A stretch of 64,000 bases of DNA from Thermoplasmata archaeon (GTDB taxonomy: Archaea; Thermoplasmatota; Thermoplasmata; RBG-16-68-12; JAGMCJ01), in contig JAGLRN010000069.1 of assembly GCA_023136265.1 (NCBI GenBank), forward strand, positions 8,680-72,679, given 5' to 3'. How positions within the stretch are numbered: position 1 is the first letter of the stretch; each line of letters opens with the position of its first letter. The position numbers and the translations under genes are program-made. Under the pieces are notes generated by a model, which saw only the letters and a program-made list of their open reading frames with translations, did not search any database and was not told the origin of the DNA. Shown piece after piece: positions 35,232 to 43,730 of this stretch.

Positions 35232-36059
35232 CTAGGTGGATACTGCCTTGTCAATCGCCTTCGAGAGATCGTACCCGCCAGGGACTGGTTGGCCATGGGC
35301 AACGACCGTTCCGTCCTCGATCCGGACCTCCCCCTCAGCGAATACTCTCAGTGTATGAACGATGAGCGGCAGCTCGCGTATGAAGCCCAGCCTGCGTATC
35401 TCCGCGAACAGTGGATTGCCCTCTCCGTCTTTCTTGGCGATGTCTCCCACCGTCTCGCTCTCCAATCTCGCGTCGAAGTCCCGCCAAAGCGGTCCCAAAT
35501 CCCCGCCAACGATCGGGAAAACACAGTACGTTATCACGGGTCCGCGGTCCAACTCCTCCGTGACGAGGTGCAGCATCACCCCTGTCCTGTCCACTCTTTT
35601 TTCGAGAAGCTCCCATATCACCTCCTGCCACGTTCCTTTGGGCCCGTCCGGAGCGGCTGGATGGAGGTTGATCATATCGTAGACCTTGCACATCTCGTCG
35701 CCGACAATGAGCATATAGCCCGCCAGAACGCCGAGGTCCATCTCGTGCCCCTCGAGGCGCTTCACTATCTCCCTGTCGTACTCCCTCCTCCACTGCTTCA
35801 GTATCCCCTCGTCCTTCCTGCCCTCGGCCCTCATCTCCGGCTTGAACTTGCTCGAGGAGAACTGGATGAGCGTGTATCCGAAGCTCCTCACAAGATCGAA
35901 GAAAAGGTCGCTCTGCTCGAACTCGCCGTCCTCGCGGTTGCTGAACACGAAGGATATCTTCCCTGGTATCGTCCCGTCCTCAATCCCGTCGTGCGCTTCG
36001 ATGAGTAGCTCCCGCGCGGCGGGGTCCCTTCCCGTGGAGAACCATCCAATCCTGAACAT
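35232..36059 (-). CDS. PurN-like 10-formyl-THF-dependent formyltransferase
   Basis: LAGYMLIV, INLHPA and HLVTEELDRGP (Asn-His-Asp catalytic set); atypical IGWFSTGRD N-terminus. Confidence 0.8.
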   Translation of the reverse strand: MFRIGWFSTGRDPAARELLIEAHDGIEDGTIPGKISFVFSNREDGEFEQSDLFFDLVRSFGYTLIQFSSSKFKPEMRAEGRKDEGILKQWRREYDREIVKRLEGHEMDLGVLAGYMLIVGDEMCKVYDMINLHPAAPDGPKGTWQEVIWELLEKRVDRTGVMLHLVTEELDRGPVITYCVFPIVGGDLGPLWRDFDARLESETVGDIAKKDGEGNPLFAEIRRLGFIRELPLIVHTLRVFAEGEVRIEDGTVVAHGQPVPGGYDLSKAIDKAVST

Positions 36060-36110
36060 GACCTCCCCGCCACCGGATTCGTTCTCCCGCCTAAAACCTT
36101 TCGCGTTCGA

Positions 36111-36737
36111 CTAGGAGTGGTGCTTCCCGGATTCCTGCGGGATCCCCTTCTTCAGCTTCTCATATCTCTCTCGATAGAGTTTCAAGCAGGACTCGCAGCA
36201 GAGGTAATGAGTTCTCCCGTCCATCTTGAGCGTGACAGGATCGTCCGTGATAGGTTTCCTGCACAGGTAGCAGGGAACGACTATCGATATCCCTTCCGAG
36301 ATGACCGCATCGGGCTCCTTCTTCGTCGTCCGAACGACGCGGTCGATGGAGTATCTGTCGATCTCCTCCAGCCCCTCAAGCCAGGCAAGGAAGCTGTTGA
36401 TCGTAGCTTCGCTTTCGGATACAAGCCTGCACATGAGCTTGGAGCCGCTGAGGACGAGGACCTCACGGATGTTCTCCTTCTCCGAAAGGCTCTTGGCCAG
36501 CTTCTCCAGGTGCTTCGGCTGACATTCTACCGAGACAATCGAGGTGGTCTCCCGGATCGCTTCCGTATCGATCAATGCCGAGTATCCTCTGATGACTCCC
36601 CGTTCCTCCAAAGCCTTGATCCTCGAACTCACGGTCGGAGTGCTGACACCGATGGTCTTGCCAAGCTCCCTGAAAGAGATCCGGGCATCCTCCTGAAGCT
36701 GCTTCAGTATTCTCGCGTCGGTCTCGTCGAGTTCCAT
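36111..36737 (-). CDS. Lrp/AsnC-type regulator with a C-terminal TRASH metal-sensing domain (CopR/CopT-like)
   Basis: DARIS..LGKTIGVSTPTVSSRIKALEERGVI HTH; CYLC..YLCCESC. Confidence 0.88.
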   Translation of the reverse strand: MELDETDARILKQLQEDARISFRELGKTIGVSTPTVSSRIKALEERGVIRGYSALIDTEAIRETTSIVSVECQPKHLEKLAKSLSEKENIREVLVLSGSKLMCRLVSESEATINSFLAWLEGLEEIDRYSIDRVVRTTKKEPDAVISEGISIVVPCYLCRKPITDDPVTLKMDGRTHYLCCESCLKLYRERYEKLKKGIPQESGKHHS

Positions 36738-36742
36738 GGTTT

Positions 36743-36843
36743 GGTACTAGGCAGCCTCACCTATTATACCTTTGTAAAGCGGGCGGTTGCATCTCCTTAC
36801 AAACGTGAGAGGGAAGTAGGATAGATTGGCTTTCCCTAGTACC
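36743..36843. promoter_or_regulatory. Dyad-symmetric divergent promoter/operator region
   Basis: GGTACTAGG (36743-51) with CCTAGTACC (36835-43); TTTGTAA (36771-77) with TTACAAA (36797-803). Confidence 0.5.
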
Positions 36844-36870
36844 CTCCGTACTTCCTGAGAGTGAATCTCA

Positions 36871-37824
36871 ATGATAGCTCAGTTTCTACTCGTACTGAGA
36901 GAAGGTTTGGAAGCGGCCCTAATCGTCGGCATAGTCTTCGCCTATCTGAGGAGGATTGGCAAGGGCCCGCTCACAAGATTCCTGACTCTGGGTGCCGCAT
37001 CGGCAATCGGCGTCAGCATACTTGCGGCCCTGCTCATCTTCATGCTGGTGGGACAACTCTCGGACCCCCAGATGGAGATTTTCGAGGGTGTGGCGTCCCT
37101 CCTCGCGGTGGGCGTTCTGACCATCATGATCTTTTGGATGTCCAAGAAGGGACCTGAGCTGAAGAGGGAAATCGAAAGCAAACTGGACAGCAGGGTATCG
37201 AGAGGTGAGGTCTTCGCCGTGTTTGGGATATCCTTCGTCGCCGTCGTGCGGGAAGGTCTTGAGACGGTGCTCTTCCTCTTCCCGCTGGCTCTGTCTGATA
37301 GCGCGGCAACCATTCTAGGCCTAGTTGCCGGACTCGCTGTCGTCCTTCTCCTCCTCGTCCTCCTGATGAAGGGGATCGAGAGGCTGGACATCAAGAAGTT
37401 CTTCACAGTCACAGGAGTCCTCCTGATCGTCTTCGCCGCAGGCCTCACTGCGACCGCGGTCCACGAGTTCAACGAGGCTGGGGTCGTTCCGCCTGTCGTG
37501 AATGAGGTTTGGAACATCAACCCCCCGCGAAACCCAGATGGAAGCTATCCTGTGCTCCACGAGAAGGGAGCAATAGGCGGGATCATGAAGTCCCTCTTGG
37601 GATACAACGGAAACCCGTCCTTGACCGAGGTCACAGCCTATGTTTCGTATTGGATAGTGATCTCTGGATACCTGTTCCTCACAAACGCGGAGACTGTGAA
37701 GAGCATGCTTCGCGCGATGGGGGCCAAAGTCAGATCGCCATTGAGAAAGGGTCGGATGGCAGCGGTTCCTAGTGAGGACATACGGCTGGATGAAGCGACC
37801 GCCCGAGGGAGTGTCGAGAGGTGA
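36871..37824 (+). CDS. FTR1/OFeT-family iron (or lead) permease
   Basis: Two REGLE motifs, about 7 TM helices, HEFNEAG. Confidence 0.92.
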   Translation: MIAQFLLVLREGLEAALIVGIVFAYLRRIGKGPLTRFLTLGAASAIGVSILAALLIFMLVGQLSDPQMEIFEGVASLLAVGVLTIMIFWMSKKGPELKREIESKLDSRVSRGEVFAVFGISFVAVVREGLETVLFLFPLALSDSAATILGLVAGLAVVLLLLVLLMKGIERLDIKKFFTVTGVLLIVFAAGLTATAVHEFNEAGVVPPVVNEVWNINPPRNPDGSYPVLHEKGAIGGIMKSLLGYNGNPSLTEVTAYVSYWIVISGYLFLTNAETVKSMLRAMGAKVRSPLRKGRMAAVPSEDIRLDEATARGSVER

Positions 37825-38381
37825 GTGCTTTGACGGAATCGAGTAATAGAAACAGCCTGATCCTTGCCGGGCTCCTGGCGGGAGCCATCATCCTGATAGT
37901 TGGCATCACGTTGACCCTGTGGGACGCTGGGGGCATGACCGAAGACATGTGGAGCCATCACGGCATGGGACTGTCATTTCCCATGGGCATGTCTTTCGTG
38001 GTCTTAGGTGGAGTTGTCCTTGTCATCCTTTTCGTCCTCGCCATTCCTCAGCCCCGCGGTGTCGAGAGGCCCGTGGCAGCCTACATCCCGATGACTCCCC
38101 TTCAGAATAATGAGGATTGGACACCAGAAATGCGGAATCTGGCACTGAGGCTCCTCCAAGGGGATGAGCGCAGAATGCTAAGGCAGATTTTCGACGCGGG
38201 TGGTCAGATACTTCAGAAGGACCTGGTGTATCGAGCAGGCTTCTCGAAGGCCAAGGTGACGAGGCTGCTCGACAAGTTGGAGAGGAGAGGTCTAATCATC
38301 AGGGAGAGACACGGTTCAACGAACCTCGTCCGAGTGCTAGAGGACCTAGGAGGTAAGAACGATGGAATTTCAGAAAAGTGA
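37821..38381 (+). CDS. Two-TM membrane protein with a C-terminal winged-helix (MarR-like) domain
   Basis: Two TM segments around a Met/His loop; GQILQKDL..FSKAKVTRLLDKLERRGLI..RHGSTN. Confidence 0.8.
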   Translation: MSALTESSNRNSLILAGLLAGAIILIVGITLTLWDAGGMTEDMWSHHGMGLSFPMGMSFVVLGGVVLVILFVLAIPQPRGVERPVAAYIPMTPLQNNEDWTPEMRNLALRLLQGDERRMLRQIFDAGGQILQKDLVYRAGFSKAKVTRLLDKLERRGLIIRERHGSTNLVRVLEDLGGKNDGISEK

Positions 38382-38459
38382 AACTCATTTCGCATCAATG
38401 ACTAATATCGTTTCATCCGTCAAACTCACAACGATTACCAAAAGCAAAGAGGTGATAGA

Positions 38460-38831
38460 ATGGAAGCAGGAATGATAGCGACTCTCGTGATAGGATCGCT
38501 TCTGACGACGGGAGCGGTGGTCGGTGTTGCATCGACGAACGGAGACATGATGCAGGGAACGACGGACGGCGGACACATGGGTGGATGGTATCACTCGATG
38601 GGTCACGGAATGATGCACGACCATGATGAGCACGACGAATGCGAAGAACACATGGAAGAATGGGAACACGAGTACTGTGAGGAGTACGAGGAAGAGTGCG
38701 AGGACTCGGAGAACGGGAACCACGCGGAAATGCACGAGGAATGTGAGGAGCACATGGAAGAGCGGGAGAACGAGGACTCCTCTGACGACGAGGACCACGA
38801 AGAGCACGACCATTGCGGCATGATGGGGTAA
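38460..38831 (+). CDS. Secreted or membrane-tethered His/Glu/Cys/Met-rich low-complexity protein (putative metal binding)
   Basis: Strong AGAGGTGAT SD, N-terminal hydrophobic helix, ECEEHMEE repeated, terminal HDHCGMMG. Confidence 0.75.
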   Translation: MEAGMIATLVIGSLLTTGAVVGVASTNGDMMQGTTDGGHMGGWYHSMGHGMMHDHDEHDECEEHMEEWEHEYCEEYEEECEDSENGNHAEMHEECEEHMEERENEDSSDDEDHEEHDHCGMMG

Positions 38832-39049
38832 GCTGTCCGCGCGCCAAGCGGGAGAAGTCCCCTTCACAGACGAGGATTGTCCTTTTCAGGTCTTGAGACC
38901 CCCAGATGGTGTGGGACTTACATACATCAATCCAACTGAGGCATTGGCATTCAATTGTCAAGGAGAATCCACAAAAGGAGGAAGCTGCCTAGCAACACCA
39001 GGAGGAGGACACGGATCAGGCGTGCCCTCGGCGTTCAACGCGTGATAAG

Positions 39050-39652
39050 ATGGGTCTCGTTAGCTGTCCTGTATGCAATGTGAAGGTCAAGGCTGAGAAC
39101 CTGCCCAATCACATAAAGAAGGTCCATCCTGGATCAGATGTGCGGGTGAAACCGGTGGGGAGGAAGATGAGGAATTCCTCGAGAGAAGGGGGCAGCAGAA
39201 GAATCGTCTATGCGGTCTCGGCGGCCATAATCCTTGTCGTTGGTTCGCTTCTCGTCTACAGCATGATCAGTAGTCCAGGCACACCGGAAATATCCGTCAG
39301 TCCGCTCAGCTACAGCTTCGGAGACATATCCCAGCGCGAGGTTTCAACGACTGTCCAAGTCAGAAACACCGGAGATTCGGATTTAGTGATAACGGGCATC
39401 TCTACGTCATGCGGGTGCACATCTGCGGTTCTCACGGTCGGAGGCAGGAGGAGTCCCACCTTCGGAATGCACAACAATCCCTCGGGTTGGAGCGAGACTC
39501 TTCTTCCTGGACAAACCGCGTCTCTCGACATCACATACGATGCGACTCTACATCCGGACGACGGCCCGGTGCTAAGAATCGTCTACATAGGGAGCAACGA
39601 CCCCGCCAGGCCCGAGGTCGAGATAGAGCTCACGGCCATTGTGATCCCATGA
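39050..39652 (+). CDS. C2H2 zinc finger - TM - DUF1573 (Ig-like, SCGC) protein
   Basis: CPVC..NHIKKVHP, one TM, FGDI..NTGDSDLVI..TSCGCT..SNDP. Confidence 0.8.
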   Translation: MGLVSCPVCNVKVKAENLPNHIKKVHPGSDVRVKPVGRKMRNSSREGGSRRIVYAVSAAIILVVGSLLVYSMISSPGTPEISVSPLSYSFGDISQREVSTTVQVRNTGDSDLVITGISTSCGCTSAVLTVGGRRSPTFGMHNNPSGWSETLLPGQTASLDITYDATLHPDDGPVLRIVYIGSNDPARPEVEIELTAIVIP

Positions 39653-40959
39653 ACGACGATTCCTGTCATGAACCGCCTTCTGACATGGAGAGGTACTCGA
39701 AGGAAAAGCAACCCGAGAAGCGATTCCAGAACCTTGTTTTCGTTTCGATAGTCCTATCATTGGGTGCGATAATGGTCATCGGCTCTCTCGCCCCATATTT
39801 CTTCCTGCCCCGGCCCAGTGACATAACGCTCAACGAGGGCGAGGGTCTCATCTACTACAACGAGGCGTGCGGGGAGTGCGCCATATACATCGACGACGAG
39901 CTCATTCCCACGCTGCGAATAGGAGGGATATCGACAGTTCACAAGAAGGATTACATCAACGAGAGGAGCTACAGAGGGGAGTTGAGTGCAATCAACGACC
40001 AGCTGGGCATTCCCCCGCATCTGCAGAGCCACATCGCGACGTTCGTCAAGAAGAACACGACCATGGTCTTCGAGGGTCATGTCCCGGAGCATGTGATATC
40101 GGACCTGATGACCAACTCATCCGCACTGAATCTGAGCAAGATACTCGTCTACCAGGAGGAGATGAGGGATCCCACGACGTATACCGCCTGGGGCTTCGAG
40201 GGTGAGGACCGAGAATATGCCATCGACGTTCCCATCAGCGAGTTCCTTCTCTGGTACGGCCAAGGTTCTCCTTCCACCAGCACAGAGGAGTCTCTCCTGC
40301 CGCTGGTGCTGATCACAGGATTCCTCGACGGTATAAATCCCTGCGCGATTGCCGTCCTGTTGTTCTTCATCACCTTTCTCTTCGTGATAAGGAGAACGAG
40401 AGGAAATGTGGCCACGATGGGCGCGGTATACATACTCTCGATCTTCTTTGTCTATTTCTTCATTGGCATCGGGCTACTCAGGGCCATCGTCTTGAGTGGG
40501 CAACCGCATCTCCTGGCCTACGTCGGGTCGTCACTCATACTTGTACTGGGAACGCTGAGTCTATTGCAGTACTTCTTTCCCAACCTCCCCCTCACGTTCA
40601 AGATGCCTGAGAGGACATGGACAAAGACCAAGGATTGGATCTCCAGGGCAACGCTCCCTTCCTCCTTGGTGGCCGGTCTGCTAGTCGGATTGTGCACATT
40701 CCCTTGCTCCGGTGGAATATATGTAGCTGTGCTGACCCTAATCGCTTCGGAGACGACCTATTTCGAGGGCGTTGGCTATCTTTATCTGTACAACATCATG
40801 TTCGTGCTTCCCCTAATACTGATACTCGTCTTCACATCAAACAGGTTTGTGGCCAGAAAACTCACAGGTTGGGAGAGATCGAACAGCAGGCTAATCGTCC
40901 TTTTCTCTGGAATCGTCATGATTCTGTTGGGTGTGGCCTTCCTGTTGTTTCTGATCTAA
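39649..40959 (+). CDS. CcdA/DsbD-like disulfide-transfer membrane protein with an extracellular CxxC domain
   Basis: ATG overlaps the upstream TGA; YYNEACGEC, GFLDGINPCA and LCTFPCSGGIY; at least six TM helices. Confidence 0.8.
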   Translation: MNDDSCHEPPSDMERYSKEKQPEKRFQNLVFVSIVLSLGAIMVIGSLAPYFFLPRPSDITLNEGEGLIYYNEACGECAIYIDDELIPTLRIGGISTVHKKDYINERSYRGELSAINDQLGIPPHLQSHIATFVKKNTTMVFEGHVPEHVISDLMTNSSALNLSKILVYQEEMRDPTTYTAWGFEGEDREYAIDVPISEFLLWYGQGSPSTSTEESLLPLVLITGFLDGINPCAIAVLLFFITFLFVIRRTRGNVATMGAVYILSIFFVYFFIGIGLLRAIVLSGQPHLLAYVGSSLILVLGTLSLLQYFFPNLPLTFKMPERTWTKTKDWISRATLPSSLVAGLLVGLCTFPCSGGIYVAVLTLIASETTYFEGVGYLYLYNIMFVLPLILILVFTSNRFVARKLTGWERSNSRLIVLFSGIVMILLGVAFLLFLI

Positions 40960-41094
40960 GGAGCCACAGATGAGGACCGGCAGACGATTATAGGCGGACT
41001 GGCAATCGCAGTCGTGGTATGATCTTGGTGGGAAATGCCTGTGTAAGGCGCAAAGATTAACTGGCCTAAGTCTTCTGCCCTTTGGCAGGAAGTC

Positions 41095-41703
41095 ATGGGT
41101 GGTAAAATGCCCTCGGAAAGATGTCCTGTTTGCGGCGTGAAGGTCAAGTCGGAGAACCTGTCAAGGCACATCAAGAAGGTCCATCCAGATGCGGAGGCGG
41201 GTGCGGAGAAGAAGGCCAAGAAGGCAAGGCGCCCGTCCGTGGGGGGAAGGAAAGCCATCTATGCGGTTGTGGCGGTAATCATAATCGTCGTGCTGGTGGC
41301 TTCCGCATTCGTTCTGCTCCCCGCAGCAGAAGAGCCCAAGATTGGCGTCGAGCCATCCAGCTACGACTTCGGGACCATCCCGAGGGTGCTGCAGACTGTC
41401 AACATAGAGGTTCGCAACGACGGAGAGGCCAACCTCGAGATAACGAGAATCTGGACTTCCTGTATGTGCACCTCGGCCGTACTGAGGGTCGGAGGAAGGA
41501 ACAGTCCCGTGTTTCAGGGCGATTCCCAGACATCTTGGATTGGTGAGACGCTGCTCCCGGGACAGCACGGATATCTGGATGTGACGTATGACCCCACGTA
41601 CATACCCGATTCCGGTTCCATTGCCAGGGCGGTCTACATACAGAGCAACGACCCCGACAGATCCGAAGTCCAGGTCACGATAACGGCTTACGTGACGCCT
41701 TGA
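41095..41703 (+). CDS. C2H2 zinc finger - TM - DUF1573 protein (paralog)
   Basis: CPVCGVKVKSENLSRHIKKVHP, one TM, TSCMCT and SNDP. Confidence 0.8.
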   Translation: MGGKMPSERCPVCGVKVKSENLSRHIKKVHPDAEAGAEKKAKKARRPSVGGRKAIYAVVAVIIIVVLVASAFVLLPAAEEPKIGVEPSSYDFGTIPRVLQTVNIEVRNDGEANLEITRIWTSCMCTSAVLRVGGRNSPVFQGDSQTSWIGETLLPGQHGYLDVTYDPTYIPDSGSIARAVYIQSNDPDRSEVQVTITAYVTP

Positions 41704-42665
41704 TTGCTCCGTCCTTTTCGAGGCGCGTACTTGAGCGTCTCGTAGTCGGTCCTGACCGCGTATCCGCCGTCCTGGATGATGCTCACGAACTGACCGCAGT
41801 TGCTCCCTATCTTGTTCTCCTCGAGCTCGCCGATGCTGAGAAGCACATCGAACCCGAAATCGCGGAAGCTGTCCGTGATCTGACGGGAGGAGTCCTCGTC
41901 GTGCGGGTCGACGACGGACCTCAGTCTCTTCCGCTTGACGTTCGCCGTCGGGTTCAGCGGTGTGATCTTGATGAAGAACTTGGCGGGGTCGAAGTGCTCC
42001 GCGATGACCTCCGGGTCGACCGGATAACCCTGAGTCATAGCGAAGTTCAGCGTGAGTTTCCTGTCCCCCTTGCGGAAGTAACTCTCGCCGTACTCCGAGA
42101 TCTGCGGGAGCCCCCACTTCTTGATCGGCATCAGCTCGTCCCGCCTCTGTCCGTTCGTCGTGTGCACGGAGAACTGCAACTGGAACCGTCCCGAGTAGTG
42201 GGCGTCCTTGATGTCGATGAGCTCGTCGAAGAAGCTCCCCCTGCCAACGGGAGCGAGCGTTGAGATGCAGGGCATGAGGCCAGGGGCATCGTACACATCC
42301 GCCAAAGCCCGCAGGGCGTCCGGCACGTCCGGGTTCAGCGAGGGCTCGCCCATACGGGCGAACTGCACCTTGAACTTCGGGATTGGCACCCGCCCGTCCG
42401 GAAACCGCCTCCGCACCATGTGGTCTATCTGCTGCAGGATCTCGTCCTTCGTCAGTTTCCCGAGGTAGTGCCCGCCAGCGTCGCACATCTTGCAGTTCAC
42501 CGGGCAACCGAAGGACGACGAGATTATCAGCACCCACTTCTCCTCGCGCGGCACCGGCGGCTGCAGCGATTCGACGAACTCGACGAGGTAGCCGTTGCCC
42601 TCCCTCATGGATGCCACGTAGACCTTCGCCAGATCCTCCTTTCCGAACTCACCCAGAATCCTCAT
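41688..42665 (-). CDS. RlmN/Cfr-like radical SAM protein (short form, resolving Cys absent)
   Basis: SSSFGCPVNCKMC, MGEP and C-terminal SNCGQ; no RlmN N-terminal helical domain. Confidence 0.8.
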   Translation of the reverse strand: MRILGEFGKEDLAKVYVASMREGNGYLVEFVESLQPPVPREEKWVLIISSSFGCPVNCKMCDAGGHYLGKLTKDEILQQIDHMVRRRFPDGRVPIPKFKVQFARMGEPSLNPDVPDALRALADVYDAPGLMPCISTLAPVGRGSFFDELIDIKDAHYSGRFQLQFSVHTTNGQRRDELMPIKKWGLPQISEYGESYFRKGDRKLTLNFAMTQGYPVDPEVIAEHFDPAKFFIKITPLNPTANVKRKRLRSVVDPHDEDSSRQITDSFRDFGFDVLLSIGELEENKIGSNCGQFVSIIQDGGYAVRTDYETLKYAPRKGRSNQGVT

Positions 42666-43600
42666 TTCCCGCTCCCCATTGACTCGATAATCGACATGGC
42701 CGCGAGGATGCCGTCGCCAACCGCAATCCCCACCTGCCTGTGGTTCCCCCGTCTCACGTCACCGACGAGGTATAAACCTGACGCCTCCTTCCAGTTCTCC
42801 GCGAGCTCGGGCGGCAGGACGCTGACGTCCGGCTCCCTCCCGCACGCGATAAGCCCGTAGTCGGCGACGATTTCCTTCTCGGTCCCCTCCTGCTCCAAGG
42901 TGAAGACGAGCTGACGTTCTTCCTCCTTCACTGACTTGAGCTCCGTTCCCGCGTGCGTCCTGATCTTCTCTGAACGGCTCGCCCTCTCGAGAAGCAGGGG
43001 AAGGCACCTGGGTTCTCCCCGGAATGCCACATCCACGTGGATGCCCCTTGAAGCCAGGTTGAGAGCGTAGTCGAACGCCGCGTCGCCACCGCCGATTACG
43101 AGGAAATTGCCTTTGACGGCCGGGGGCACGTCCCTGATCTCGTAGAAGACCTTGGACAGCTCCACGTCCTCGAGGCCTTGGATGTCGACCCGCTTGGGTC
43201 TCGTACCCGTGGCCACGATGACGGACTTCGCATATGCCTCTCCTGACTCGGAGGACACGTTGAAGATGTCCCCCTCCTTCGAGACGCTATGGACCTCCTC
43301 CATGCGAGTGTCGATCCTCCAGCGCACGAGGTGTCGCTTGAACAGCTCAACGAGTTCCGGCCCGCCGATGCCTTCGGGGAAGCCAGGGTAGTTCTCGACG
43401 AGGTGTGCGTTCCTCAGAAGCCCGCCGATCTCGTCCCGCTCGAAAACCAGCGGGTCAGCTCCCGCCCGCTTGAGATAGACGGCAGCGGCTATGCCCGCCG
43501 GACCTGCCCCAATGATGACGGCAACGTAAGTCTTCCCCTTCGCCTTCGATACCGCCAGAGTCGCCGACTGCGGAAGGAGCACAGACTCGCTTTCACCCAT
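42662..43600 (-). CDS. Thioredoxin-reductase-fold FAD/NAD(P)H oxidoreductase lacking CxxC
   Basis: GAGPAG, VENYPGF, IVATG, GGGDAA and GD..QVGIAVGDG; VFYEIRD where TrxB has CxxC. Confidence 0.82.
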   Translation of the reverse strand: MGESESVLLPQSATLAVSKAKGKTYVAVIIGAGPAGIAAAVYLKRAGADPLVFERDEIGGLLRNAHLVENYPGFPEGIGGPELVELFKRHLVRWRIDTRMEEVHSVSKEGDIFNVSSESGEAYAKSVIVATGTRPKRVDIQGLEDVELSKVFYEIRDVPPAVKGNFLVIGGGDAAFDYALNLASRGIHVDVAFRGEPRCLPLLLERASRSEKIRTHAGTELKSVKEEERQLVFTLEQEGTEKEIVADYGLIACGREPDVSVLPPELAENWKEASGLYLVGDVRRGNHRQVGIAVGDGILAAMSIIESMGSGK

Positions 43601-43730
43601 GTTCTCAACCTTCGAGCCTTTTCCTGGATTGTGTGGCTGGAAAAGGCAAAACAATGCCACCTCCCCGCGGATGGTAGGGAGATATGGCAGGATATCTTAA
43701 GCATTTCGCAGTCGAGAAGCCACGTGGCGT

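Noticed and set aside
38832-39049. Possible remnant of a third zinc-finger gene in the spacer
   Set aside because: Requires a frameshift and matches only a few residues; not supportable.
41161-42537. 458-aa minus-strand ORF
   Set aside because: Arg/Gly-rich alternative frame overlapping the radical SAM and DUF1573 genes.
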